Of a DNA stretch of 64,000 nucleotides, positions 9,889 to 19,493 are shown one piece after another. The DNA is from an uncultured Flavobacteriaceae bacterium (GTDB taxonomy: Bacteria; Bacteroidota; Bacteroidia; Flavobacteriales; Flavobacteriaceae). The stretch covers positions 258,796-322,795 of the forward strand of contig CAZKFM010000001.1 of the NCBI GenBank assembly GCA_964552195.1, given 5' to 3'. A program made the translations under genes and the position numbers. The notes beneath the pieces are model-generated. The model ran no database searches. It was given only the letters and a program-made list of their open reading frames with translations, and had not been told where the DNA came from. How positions within the stretch are numbered: the first letter of the stretch is position 1; every line of letters starts with the position of its first letter.

Positions 9889-10653
9889 ATGGTCGTCATA
9901 TCCTATAACGTAAATGGCATACGCGCCGCTGCCAAAAAAGGGTTCGCGGATTGGTTGCGCGCCGCTAATCCGGACGTGCTCTGCCTGCAGGAGATCAAAG
10001 CCCTGGAATCGCAAGCACCGGTGGAGGATCTTAAAGCCCTGGGATATGAACACCAGTACTGGTTCCCCGCTGAGAAAAAAGGATATAGCGGTGTTGCCCT
10101 GCTGAGTAAGACCGAGCCGGACGAAGTCGTCTACGGAACCGGCATTTCATATATGGATCAGGAGGGGCGAAACCTGCGAGCCGATTTCGGAGACTTGTCC
10201 GTAATGAGCCTGTATCTGCCTTCGGGAACGCATACCGATCGCCTTTCGCTTAAATTCCAGTACATGGATGACTTTCTGGATTATGTTACGGAACTGCGCA
10301 AGTGCCTGGAGGGACTGGTGATCTGTGGCGACTACAACATATGCCACCGGCCCATTGACATACACGATCCGGTACGCAACAAGAAGGTCTCCGGCTTCCT
10401 TCCCGAGGAAAGGGAATGGCTGGGGCGCTTTGTCGATTCCGGTTTTATCGACAGTTACCGTCATTTTTACCCGGAGGAACCGCACCAATATACCTGGTGG
10501 AGCTACCGGGCTAATGCACGCGCCAACAACAAGGGATGGAGGATTGATTATGCGATGGCGGATGAGCGTCTGGGTGGACGACTGCAGCGGGCACAGATAT
10601 TACCAGAGGCGCATCACAGTGACCATTGCCCCATTTTATTGGAAATCGAATAG
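9889..10653 (+). CDS. xth: exodeoxyribonuclease III
   Basis: MVVISYNVNGIRAA...LCLQEIK N-terminus and a C-terminal SDHCPI motif of the EEP/ExoIII family. Start moved to the ATG at 9889; the ORF track begins at an upstream TTG. Confidence 0.85.
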   Translation: MVVISYNVNGIRAAAKKGFADWLRAANPDVLCLQEIKALESQAPVEDLKALGYEHQYWFPAEKKGYSGVALLSKTEPDEVVYGTGISYMDQEGRNLRADFGDLSVMSLYLPSGTHTDRLSLKFQYMDDFLDYVTELRKCLEGLVICGDYNICHRPIDIHDPVRNKKVSGFLPEEREWLGRFVDSGFIDSYRHFYPEEPHQYTWWSYRANARANNKGWRIDYAMADERLGGRLQRAQILPEAHHSDHCPILLEIE

Positions 10654-10657
10654 TCAG

Positions 10658-11698
10658 ATGAGGTACAATTTTTTGCCCCATACGAACATCAGGGTAAGCA
10701 AGATATGTCTGGGAACTATGACCTGGGGCCGTCAAAACACGGAACAGGACGCCTTTGAACAGATGGATTACGCCTTGGATCAGGGCGTGAATTTCTTCGA
10801 TACGGCCGAGCTCTATCCGGTCCCGGCCGTTAGAGAACTCTACGGGGTAACCGAGGAGATCATCGGAAAGTGGTTGGCCGACCGGGGAAAGCGGGATTCT
10901 GTAGTGCTGGCCTCGAAAATAGCAGGTCCGGCACCATTTACCCGCCATATCCGCACCACGGGTTACCGGCCGGACTCCATAAGAGAGGCCGTAGAATGCA
11001 GCCTTCGCCGTTTGCGAACTGATTACATAGATCTGTACCAGCTCCACTGGCCCGAGCGAAATACCAACTATTTCGGGAAGCGGGGCTTCGAATGGGACCG
11101 GGACGAAGAATGGAAGGACAACTTTCACGAAATCCTGCTTACCCTGTCCGAGTTGATCGCAGAAGGCAGGATTCGCTATGTGGGGGTATCCAATGAAACG
11201 CCCTGGGGGCTCATGCGTTTCCTGGAAGAGCACAAGGCGCATCCCCAACTGCCCCGCGTACTGACCATTCAGAATCCGTACAGCCTGCTCAACCGCCTGT
11301 ACGAGGTGGGACTCTCTGAAATTGGGATGAGATCTCAGGTTTCGTTGCTCCCCTATTCCCCACTCGGATTTGGGGTACTAAGCGGCAAATATCTCGGAGG
11401 CAAAGCTCCTCAGAAGGCACGGATTACCCTGTTCCCCAATTACAACCGCTACAGCGGGACGCGTGCGGTAGAGGCCACCCAGAGGTATTACGATTTGGCG
11501 AAAAAACACGGGCTGTCTCTGGCTGAGATGAGCCTGGCCTTTGTCAATACGCGACCATTCGTCTGCAGTAATATCATCGGTGCGACCAGCATGGAACAGC
11601 TCCGGGAGAATATCGGAAGCATTAACCTGAAGCTCGCACCCGAGGTTCTCAAGGGAATAGAGGATATCCATCAGGGAGTCCCCAATCCCGCTCCCTGA
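10658..11698 (+). CDS. NADP(H)-dependent aldo-keto reductase (Tas-like)
   Basis: SKICLGTMTWG, FFDTAELY, IDLYQLHWP and GVSNE AKR motifs. The ATG at 10658 immediately follows the xth stop. Confidence 0.85.
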   Translation: MRYNFLPHTNIRVSKICLGTMTWGRQNTEQDAFEQMDYALDQGVNFFDTAELYPVPAVRELYGVTEEIIGKWLADRGKRDSVVLASKIAGPAPFTRHIRTTGYRPDSIREAVECSLRRLRTDYIDLYQLHWPERNTNYFGKRGFEWDRDEEWKDNFHEILLTLSELIAEGRIRYVGVSNETPWGLMRFLEEHKAHPQLPRVLTIQNPYSLLNRLYEVGLSEIGMRSQVSLLPYSPLGFGVLSGKYLGGKAPQKARITLFPNYNRYSGTRAVEATQRYYDLAKKHGLSLAEMSLAFVNTRPFVCSNIIGATSMEQLRENIGSINLKLAPEVLKGIEDIHQGVPNPAP

Positions 11699-11711
11699 CC
11701 CGAACATGGCG

Positions 11712-13076
11712 TCATCGTTGTGGAAACAGGGAAGTGACCAGATCTGAGACGGTGCGCAAGGGGATGACTTCGATGGATTTGTGATTGCCTTGTATACGAG
11801 CCGAGGCCGAGAGATAGAACCGCTGAAATCCCAGTTTTTCCGCCTCAGATATACGGGCATCCAGGCGCTGGACTTCACGAATCTCTCCGGCCAGTCCTAC
11901 TTCTGCGGCAAAGCAACTTCCTGGGGGAAGGCTGATATCCGCATAACTGCTGAGTATGGCGGCGATCACTGCCAGATCCATAGCCGGATCATTGAGCTGA
12001 ATCCCGCCGGTAATGTTCATGAAAACGTCCTTGGCCCCCAAAGCGAACCCTGCCCGCTTCTCCAGCACGGCTAGCAGCATTTGAAGGCGCTTAACTGGAA
12101 ATCCTGTTGAGGAACGCTGAGGGGTTCCATACACGGCTGTGCTGACCAGGGACTGCAGTTCGGCGAATAGGGGCCGGACGCCTTCCAGGGTCGAGGCCAC
12201 GGCGGTTCCACTGAGCTGTTGGGCTTGTCTGGAGAGGAGCAGTTCTGATGGATTTTGAACTTCCCTCAGGCCGCTGCCCTGCATTTCAAAGATGCCCAGT
12301 TCCGAAGTACTGCCGAAACGGTTTTTCAGCGATCGCAATACCCGGAATCCATACTGCGCGTCACCCTCGAATTGCAGAACGGTATCGACCATGTGTTCCA
12401 GGAGTTTGGGACCTGCTAATCCCCCTTCTTTGGTGATATGTCCCACCAGGATAACCGCCGTATGCGTTTCTTTGGCGAACCGGATCAATTCGGCCGAGCA
12501 CTGCCGGATCTGGGAGACGCTGCCAGGAGGAGCCTCAATCAGATCGGAGTACAGCGTCTGTATGGAATCGACGATTACCAGGCGGGTATCCAATTCCTCG
12601 ATTTCCCTGAGTATGTCCTGTGTACGGGTCTCGGCGAGTATGTAGCACTCCTCGCTTCGATATTTTAACCGATCTGCCCGCAACTTGATCTGTCGCTGAC
12701 TTTCCTCACCCGAAACGTAGAGAGTACGAGCGCCGAACTGCACCGCGAGTTGCAATAGCAGGGTGCTCTTGCCGACTCCCGGTGCTCCACCCAACAGGGT
12801 TACGGATCCGGGAACCAGTCCGCCTCCGAGTATGCGGTCGAATTCGTCTATTCCCAGTGCGATTCGTTCTGTGCTGTCTCCCTTGATCTCATTCAGCGGC
12901 AGGGTTCCGGCCTTTTCCGATGACTTGCGGGATACCGGATGCATATGGGCAGCCGGACTCCTCAGCACCTCCTCGACTATGGTGTTCCAGGATTTACATG
13001 AACTGCACTGTCCCATCCATTTGGGGAACTGTGTGCCACAACTCTGACAGTAGAAAACGGATTTGGCTTTGCTCAA
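11712..13076 (-). CDS. radA: DNA repair protein RadA/Sms
   Basis: N-terminal zinc finger CQSCGTQFPKWMGQCSSC, Walker A GAPGVGKST, KNRFG motif, and a C-terminal Lon-like domain. Confidence 0.9.
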   Translation of the reverse strand: MSKAKSVFYCQSCGTQFPKWMGQCSSCKSWNTIVEEVLRSPAAHMHPVSRKSSEKAGTLPLNEIKGDSTERIALGIDEFDRILGGGLVPGSVTLLGGAPGVGKSTLLLQLAVQFGARTLYVSGEESQRQIKLRADRLKYRSEECYILAETRTQDILREIEELDTRLVIVDSIQTLYSDLIEAPPGSVSQIRQCSAELIRFAKETHTAVILVGHITKEGGLAGPKLLEHMVDTVLQFEGDAQYGFRVLRSLKNRFGSTSELGIFEMQGSGLREVQNPSELLLSRQAQQLSGTAVASTLEGVRPLFAELQSLVSTAVYGTPQRSSTGFPVKRLQMLLAVLEKRAGFALGAKDVFMNITGGIQLNDPAMDLAVIAAILSSYADISLPPGSCFAAEVGLAGEIREVQRLDARISEAEKLGFQRFYLSASARIQGNHKSIEVIPLRTVSDLVTSLFPQR

Positions 13077-13176
13077 GGATCAGGGGTTTGGTAAGGGATC
13101 TCCGCTAAAAAAAAAGCGTTCATTCCGGTGGATCCGAAAGTAAAAGTACGACGCAAAACCGAAGTGCAGAAGCGGA

Positions 13177-14316
13177 CTATTCCTCCTGATTTTTAAGCGC
13201 TGCAATTTTGAGATAAGCCTGCTCCCTGGTAAATACTGAGATTTCGTTTTCAGTATAGGCCCTTCCATAGGCCTTGAGGGCCTTGCGATGGTCGCCATCC
13301 CTTTCGTAGATTTCACCCTGCAGGAAATGGGGCATCATGGTGTCCGGAAATAGTCTGCGGGCCTCCTTGAGCAGGAACTTCAGGGATTCCAGATCCCCCT
13401 TTTCCCGGCTGGCATGGTATACGGCCATCAGGTCACTCAGTTCGTAGTCCTTTTCATAACCGAGTAATTCTTCAAGCGTGCTGTATTTTTCCAGCAGATA
13501 GGTATAGACGGGTTCTTCCAGCGAAAGCATTTCCTCCTCGTATTCGCGAGGGGTTATGGGACGGAAACGGCGGAATACGTTGTCGAAGGCCTTGCCCATG
13601 GCATGAGCGGAAATGGAAGTGTGGTCCGGGGACTCGTACTGATCGAAGAAATAGGTAAGCTGTTCGCGCTCCAGGGACGAGACGGCACGGTCCAGCTGCA
13701 GTATTCGATTGCGGTCTTCGGTCGGCGCTTTTTCCAGAACCAGATTGTAGATGAGTTTCTGATCCAGGGCGTTCAGTCGTGAGGGTACCCGGATTTCCAT
13801 ATCTTCAGCCAGCACCGGCGAGATGAGCAGGTAGGAAGTGAAGAGCGAACGATCCTCGAATAAGAAGTAGTTTCCAAAGTTTGCTGTGATGTCGTAACCG
13901 ATGAACATTCGAAACGGAGCCGTACTGAACCGGTCCTCGAATGAAGGGAGGAGTTCACTGACGATGAAATTGTAAAACTTCATCGAACGTTCGGTGGGGA
14001 GGCCGGTGGACGGCTCGGAATCACAATCATACCAGCGAAGGTCGAATTCACCTTGCTTGATTCCGACTATAATGGACTCGGGCACGCGGTAAAATCTGGA
14101 GTAGAAGCGTGCGTTAGACACGACCAGATCGAAGAGGTATTCCGCGTCCAGCACCAGTATCAGCGAGTACTTTCGGGATGAATCGTAATCCTCCGGCAGG
14201 TAATACACCAGGTCGCGCTGCTGTTGCAACTGGAAAGAATCGAAGGATTCTTCCTTGACCTGAGCCTGAAAAGCACTGGCGGTAAGCAAAAAAATCAGGG
14301 TGTAAAATTTCCTCAT
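13177..14316 (-). CDS. secreted alpha/beta-hydrolase (putative esterase) with C-terminal TPR-like region
   Basis: Signal peptide MRKFYTLIFLLTASAFQAQ. The N-terminal region is esterase-like. The C-terminal 80 aa look like helical repeats. Confidence 0.5.
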   Translation of the reverse strand: MRKFYTLIFLLTASAFQAQVKEESFDSFQLQQQRDLVYYLPEDYDSSRKYSLILVLDAEYLFDLVVSNARFYSRFYRVPESIIVGIKQGEFDLRWYDCDSEPSTGLPTERSMKFYNFIVSELLPSFEDRFSTAPFRMFIGYDITANFGNYFLFEDRSLFTSYLLISPVLAEDMEIRVPSRLNALDQKLIYNLVLEKAPTEDRNRILQLDRAVSSLEREQLTYFFDQYESPDHTSISAHAMGKAFDNVFRRFRPITPREYEEEMLSLEEPVYTYLLEKYSTLEELLGYEKDYELSDLMAVYHASREKGDLESLKFLLKEARRLFPDTMMPHFLQGEIYERDGDHRKALKAYGRAYTENEISVFTREQAYLKIAALKNQEE

Positions 14317-14328
14317 AAGCCCGGCAGG

Positions 14329-15288
14329 CTACCTGAGCTGCCTGCGGTAAAGGAACGGCAACAAGGCAAAGGATATTGTTCCAAGTGACACAACCATAAT
14401 GGTTTGGCTAATCCAAATGATCCAACCCAGGGCGGAACCCGAATTCGAGTCCACTCCGAATAGAGCCAGTGCATATCCAACGGCAACCGGATAGAGACCG
14501 ATTCCACCGTTGGTAGTCGTCATGGCGAATGCACCCGCAATGAAGCCGGTCAGTATGGCGGGGACGGATATGCCGGAAGTCTCAGGCAGTGCGAATTGCA
14601 GCACCCAGAACATGCCTATGTAACAGGTCCATATGAACAGGGTATGCCCCAGGAATTCCCAACGTTTCTCCATTTTCATGATGCTTCCTATGCCCTGCAC
14701 TAGACCGTCCAGAAAGCCCAGAAATTTCTTTGCCAGGGGGTGTTTACTGCCCCGAAGAAAGCGAATCGTTAGAATCAGTCCTGCTATGCCGGCCAGACCC
14801 ATGATAAGCAGGAGTAAAAGGCCCCAGCTCTGTTCCCGGAAGTAGTCGTAGAGCAGACCGGTCTGAAGGACCACAGCGATGACCACCACGACCAGCAGCA
14901 GAAACAGATCGATGATGCGTTCGGTAACTATGGTTCCGAATCCTTTTTCGAACGGAACACCTTCGTAATTGCTCAGGGCCGTTGCCCGGAGCACTTCACC
15001 GGACCGGGGAATGCCGAGATTGGCGAAATAGGCAATCATGACCATGAGGAAATTACCGGTAATCCTGGGGCGGTAACCCAGGGGTTCCAGTAGATAATTC
15101 CAGCGTATGGCCCGGGAAACATGACTGAGTATCCCCAGTAACACAGATACCGCAACCCAACCCGCCGGGGCATGGGTGATGTGGTACCAGATCTGAATGC
15201 GGTCTTCCTCGGTAGTGGAGCGGTACCAGAGCAGAAGCACGGCTATCCCTATGGCAATAGGAACGAGTATTTTTGCGACCTTCTTCAG
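14329..15288 (-). CDS. flippase-like (lysylphosphatidylglycerol-synthase TM region family) membrane protein
   Basis: Conserved LSHxSRAIRWNYLLEPLGY motif and multiple TM helices. The first canonical start (GTG at 15240) would cut off the first TM helix. The in-frame upstream sequence LKKVAKILVPIAIGIAVLLLWY is conserved-looking, so I extended the 5' end to a CTG at 15288 with low certainty. Confidence 0.6.
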   Translation of the reverse strand: MKKVAKILVPIAIGIAVLLLWYRSTTEEDRIQIWYHITHAPAGWVAVSVLLGILSHVSRAIRWNYLLEPLGYRPRITGNFLMVMIAYFANLGIPRSGEVLRATALSNYEGVPFEKGFGTIVTERIIDLFLLLVVVVIAVVLQTGLLYDYFREQSWGLLLLLIMGLAGIAGLILTIRFLRGSKHPLAKKFLGFLDGLVQGIGSIMKMEKRWEFLGHTLFIWTCYIGMFWVLQFALPETSGISVPAILTGFIAGAFAMTTTNGGIGLYPVAVGYALALFGVDSNSGSALGWIIWISQTIMVVSLGTISFALLPFLYRRQLR

Positions 15289-15298
15289 TTCGGGAGTA

Positions 15299-15649
15299 TT
15301 AGGCCAGTCGGTTGTCTTCTTCCCTGGGAAAGACCATGCTCGGCTTGAACGTCTTTGCCTCTTCTGTGGTCATCCAGGCGTAGGCAATAATGATCAGCAC
15401 ATCGCCTACGGCTACCTTTCGGGCTGCAGCACCGTTTAGGGTTATTTCACCTGAATTTCTGGGACCCGGGATCACATAGGTTTCCAGTCGTTCGCCGTTG
15501 TTGTTGTTCACGATCTGTACCTTTTCGCCGTCCATGAGGTTAGCGGCATCCATCAAATCCTCGTCTATGGTAACACTACCAATATAGTTGAGGTCTGCGC
15601 CTGTTACGCGGACCCTGTGCAACTTGGATTTAACTACATTTATCAACAT
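15299..15649 (-). CDS. panD: aspartate 1-decarboxylase
   Basis: [29 protein letters not shown]...GERLETYVI is a typical PanD pro-enzyme with the Gly-Ser cleavage site. Confidence 0.9.
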   Translation of the reverse strand: MLINVVKSKLHRVRVTGADLNYIGSVTIDEDLMDAANLMDGEKVQIVNNNNGERLETYVIPGPRNSGEITLNGAAARKVAVGDVLIIIAYAWMTTEEAKTFKPSMVFPREEDNRLA

Positions 15650-15662
15650 ATCGCCTGGGCAA

Positions 15663-16511
15663 TTAATTTAAAGCAATGTTGTCTATCAGCCGAACTCCTT
15701 CGAGCCTAACGGCGATAAACGCTCTGTATTTCAGTGTTTTCTGTTTCTTTAACGCCGGGGTAAGGGTTTCTGTATCGGCGATCTCGAAGTATTCCAGTTC
15801 CATCCCGTCCTCACCACTGAGCTGGCTTTCCACCCACTGGCGAATCCAGCCCGGCTCCTTACTGCCAAATTTGAGTTTGGCTCCTTTGAGCAATTCGAAA
15901 ATCGAACCTGCCTTATCCCTTCCTCGTTCACTTAGTCGCTGATTTCGCGAACTCCTTGCCAATCCGTTGGCTTCTCGTTCAATGGGGCATCCTACAATAT
16001 CTATACCCAATTTCTTCTGCTGCACCATTTTACGCACAATCATCAGCTGCTGGTAGTCTTTTTCACCGAAATAGGCCCTGTTGGGTCGAACCAACCGGAA
16101 TAACTTCTCAACCACCGTAGCTACCCCATCGAAATGCCCTGGCCGGTGCACCCCTTCCATGGATTTCTCCAGGCCGTCGAAGTGGTACGCGTCCGATCGT
16201 GGTCCTTCCGGATAGAGTTCCTCCTGAACGGGCGCAAATACCACTATGTCCTCCGAGAGTTCCGACAAAAGACCGATGTCGGCCTCCAGCGTTTCCGGAT
16301 ACGCTTCGAAATCCCCGGGATCGTTAAACTGAGTGGGATTAACATATATGCTAACCACCGTAACGCGGTTCTCGAAGAGCGAACGACGTACCAGGGAAAG
16401 ATGTCCGAGATGCAGGGCGCCCATGGTAGGAACCATGCCAACGGAAGCTCTCCTGCCCCGTCGTTCATTCAACATTTCTTCCAGTTCTTTTTTGGAACCG
16501 ATAGCCTTCAT
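15663..16511 (-). CDS. panC: pantoate--beta-alanine ligase
   Basis: [18 protein letters not shown]-like motif and [10 protein letters not shown]. Start taken at MKAIGSKK. Confidence 0.9.
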   Translation of the reverse strand: MKAIGSKKELEEMLNERRGRRASVGMVPTMGALHLGHLSLVRRSLFENRVTVVSIYVNPTQFNDPGDFEAYPETLEADIGLLSELSEDIVVFAPVQEELYPEGPRSDAYHFDGLEKSMEGVHRPGHFDGVATVVEKLFRLVRPNRAYFGEKDYQQLMIVRKMVQQKKLGIDIVGCPIEREANGLARSSRNQRLSERGRDKAGSIFELLKGAKLKFGSKEPGWIRQWVESQLSGEDGMELEYFEIADTETLTPALKKQKTLKYRAFIAVRLEGVRLIDNIALN

Positions 16512-16611
16512 TGTCAGTTGTAAGGGCTCGCAAAAATAGCACAAATACTGGTAAACCGTGAATTTTTTGTACTTTTGCCGCTATGTTTCGGCACAGGTAA
16601 AACCTCTACTT

Positions 16612-17427
16612 ATGAATGGCAAAAGGATATTGTTTGTTTCCTCTGAACTGGTTCCCTACTTACCCGAGAATCAGGTTTCGCTCATGTCTTACGAGGCCCC
16701 TCGTATGGTTAACAGCAGCGGAGGGCAAATTCGCATCTTTATGCCCCGGTACGGGAACATTAACGAGCGCAGGCACCAGCTGCACGAGGTTATCCGCCTT
16801 TCAGGTATGAATTTGGTAATCAACGACATGGATATGCCTTTGATTATTAAGGTGGCCTCTATTCCCAGAGAACGCATACAGGTATACTTCATTGATAATG
16901 AGGAATACTTCAAAAGAAAGGGAACCTTGCGGGACCCTAAGGGCGAACTCTATCCGGATAATGATGAGAGGGCTATATTCTTTGCCAAAGGTGTGGTCGA
17001 AACGGTAAAGAAACTCAACTGGTCTCCGGATATCATTCACGTACATGGCTGGTTATCCTCCCTACTGCCGTTATACCTGAAAGAATTCTATGCCAACGAG
17101 CCACTTTTCGTTCAGAGCAAGATCGTCACTTCGGTTTATGGACCGGGATTCGAAGGAACCCTGGACGAAGGGATGATGGACAAAATACTGTTCGATGGCA
17201 TCGATAAGGACAAAGTAAGTGTGCTCGAAACTCCAGACTATAATAATCTGTTAAAGGTCGCAGTCGACTTCTCAGATGCCGTTATTTTAGCCTCAGAAGA
17301 TGTTCCGGAGGATTTGAAGAACTACGTCGAGGGTATGGATAAGCCGGCCCTGTCGTATGTTCCCTTCCAGGAAACGGAAGAGGCCTATTCAGAATTCTAT
17401 AAGACGGAGGTTTTAACCAGCATATGA
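16612..17427 (+). CDS. glycogen/starch synthase-like protein (GT5 N-terminal domain only, 271 aa)
   Basis: KRILFVSSELVPY N-terminus resembles the GlgA N-domain. The C-terminal GT1 domain is absent. The stop overlaps the next gene's start (ATGA). Confidence 0.7.
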   Translation: MNGKRILFVSSELVPYLPENQVSLMSYEAPRMVNSSGGQIRIFMPRYGNINERRHQLHEVIRLSGMNLVINDMDMPLIIKVASIPRERIQVYFIDNEEYFKRKGTLRDPKGELYPDNDERAIFFAKGVVETVKKLNWSPDIIHVHGWLSSLLPLYLKEFYANEPLFVQSKIVTSVYGPGFEGTLDEGMMDKILFDGIDKDKVSVLETPDYNNLLKVAVDFSDAVILASEDVPEDLKNYVEGMDKPALSYVPFQETEEAYSEFYKTEVLTSI

Positions 17428-19286
17428 GGGCTAAAAATGGGTTCGGAATCCTGATGGGATTCCTGATACTGGCAGGTACAATTATGTCCTGTGAAGAAGA
17501 AGAAATAACCCTGGGTCAGGGGGTAATAGCAGGAGACCCGTTCAGTACAGGCCAACAGGCCTATGAGGTGAAGGCGTACAACCGATCTCTGCAGGCGGTA
17601 CAGACCAATAAACTGCCCCTATATCAGTTGGGGACTTACCCCGACGCGGCATTCGGTGACTTGCAATCCCGCATCATTACTCAGGTCCAATTGGTAAACG
17701 TGAATCCCTTTTTCGGGACACGCCGGCAGGATTTCGAAGAGCTGACCGATACTACAGAGCCCAGGGATACCATAAACGAGAATGAGACGGTAAAGGAGGT
17801 CTTTCTTTACATTCCATTCCTTCAACCTACGGGTTCACAAAGAGATACCGATAACGACGGGGTCAGTAATGACCTGGATGCAGAGCCTGATAATCCAGAG
17901 AATGACAGCGATGGAGATGGCCTGACCAATGCAGAAGAGCGCATAGCGGGGTCCGATCCGCTCAATCCGGATACCGACGGGGATGGAATCACTGACGATG
18001 AGGACGACGATACCCAGGTAAACAATTTTGCCCGGAGGCTTGAGATTGACAGCATATATGGAAACCGGGAAGTGACCGCACAACTTCGGGTCGAAAAATC
18101 GACGTATTTCCTCAGGGATCTCGATCCGACCAATAATTTTGAGACTGCCCAGGACTACTATTCCAATCAGGATATATCCGGGTTTGTTGAACCTACACCA
18201 CTGTACGACGGCCCCATTACGATCAGCGATGAGCAAATCGTCTTCTTTCAGGAGGACGACCCGGAGACCGAAGAAGATGAATCTCTGATCATTGACGCCG
18301 CCCGAACCCTGAATCCCGGGATACGAGTTCCACTAAACAACGAGGTTTTTCAGCGTGACATACTTGATATGGAGGGGAGTTCGGAACTGCTAAGTCGGTC
18401 AAATTTCCTGAACTGGTTCAGGGGCTTACAGATTTCACTGGATTCACCGGAACCGCTGTATATGCTGCTCGATCTGACCCAGGCCGTTATCAGCATATCC
18501 TACGAATACGACGTCTTCAACAGCAATGACACCTCAGACGATTTTACCGATGACTTTATAGATAAGGATGAACGTTCCTTCAATCTCAGGTTGCTAACGG
18601 GTTCACAGGCCTCAATAACCGGTAACGCTACGAATACCTACGTTCAAACCCCTGCTTCGGCCGAGGTACTTACTGCGGCAGGCAGCCAGGAGGAGGCCAG
18701 TCGTTTGTACATCAAGGGAAGTACCGGGAACTTAGGACAACTCAGGCTTTTTGGGGAGGACGGTACCGACGAGGACATCATCGAGGAGATCCGGTCCAAC
18801 AATTGGATTATTAATGAGGCCCGACTGCGGGTGCCTGTGGACAAGCAGGCACTTAGCGCTTATGGCATCACCCGGGTTCCCCCCAGGTTATACCTGTATA
18901 ATGCGCGAACGAATCAGCCACTTTACAATCCCATAACCGAGCTGTCCTCTTCCAATTCCCCTCTTGGGATATTCCTGAATTACGACGGACTTCTAGACGA
19001 AGACGATGGAGTACAGGACGCTATTTACGAATTTCGAATAACCGATTTTATCAACGACATCATAATTCGCGACTCGATTAATGATCCCATCGGGATAACC
19101 GCTACGGCGGATATCGGCATCATCGCTACCGATAAGGCACTCACCAGCGACCCTTCCGTGACGGAGGATTATCCCGTTATGGCGGCGATAACCCCCTTGA
19201 GTACGGTGTTGTTTGGTTCGGCGGTGGAGGAGGAATACCGCGATAAGCGAATACAACTGATATTGTACTATACCGAATCGGAATAG
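17424..19286 (+). CDS. DUF4270 family lipoprotein with thrombospondin type-3-like Ca-binding repeats
   Basis: Lipobox LILAGTIMSC. Conserved partner of the short glycogen synthase in Bacteroidetes. Aspartate-rich DxDxDG repeats at aa 143-198. Confidence 0.6.
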   Translation: MRAKNGFGILMGFLILAGTIMSCEEEEITLGQGVIAGDPFSTGQQAYEVKAYNRSLQAVQTNKLPLYQLGTYPDAAFGDLQSRIITQVQLVNVNPFFGTRRQDFEELTDTTEPRDTINENETVKEVFLYIPFLQPTGSQRDTDNDGVSNDLDAEPDNPENDSDGDGLTNAEERIAGSDPLNPDTDGDGITDDEDDDTQVNNFARRLEIDSIYGNREVTAQLRVEKSTYFLRDLDPTNNFETAQDYYSNQDISGFVEPTPLYDGPITISDEQIVFFQEDDPETEEDESLIIDAARTLNPGIRVPLNNEVFQRDILDMEGSSELLSRSNFLNWFRGLQISLDSPEPLYMLLDLTQAVISISYEYDVFNSNDTSDDFTDDFIDKDERSFNLRLLTGSQASITGNATNTYVQTPASAEVLTAAGSQEEASRLYIKGSTGNLGQLRLFGEDGTDEDIIEEIRSNNWIINEARLRVPVDKQALSAYGITRVPPRLYLYNARTNQPLYNPITELSSSNSPLGIFLNYDGLLDEDDGVQDAIYEFRITDFINDIIIRDSINDPIGITATADIGIIATDKALTSDPSVTEDYPVMAAITPLSTVLFGSAVEEEYRDKRIQLILYYTESE

Positions 19287-19493
19287 TGGTGCGCCGATTG
19301 CTGAATTTCTGACTCCAATGCAACCTTAATGCCGCTTAGATTATGTGCTACAGGGTGGTGTCGCATACCATTCCCATGAATTCTTCGTTATTTTTTCAGA
19401 TTGCGTACAGCAGTGTGTTGTACTATGCATATTTTTGGGGATTGATCGGGTTTTAATTCCTTGATTTTTAACTGCTAACTAACTCGGGCCAGT

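Noticed and set aside
10325-10657. Upstream part of the 457-aa ORF overlapping xth
   Set aside because: An alternative-start extension. The aldo-keto reductase homology begins at the ATG at 10658, right after the xth stop.
10511-11248. 245-aa minus-strand ORF overlapping the aldo-keto reductase
   Set aside because: Antisense to a gene with unambiguous AKR motifs. No recognisable domain.
19287-19493. Possible glmS ribozyme upstream of glmS
   Set aside because: No match to the glmS ribozyme core is visible. The element is not expected in Bacteroidetes. Only a TATTTTTG -7 promoter-like motif (19430-19437) was seen.
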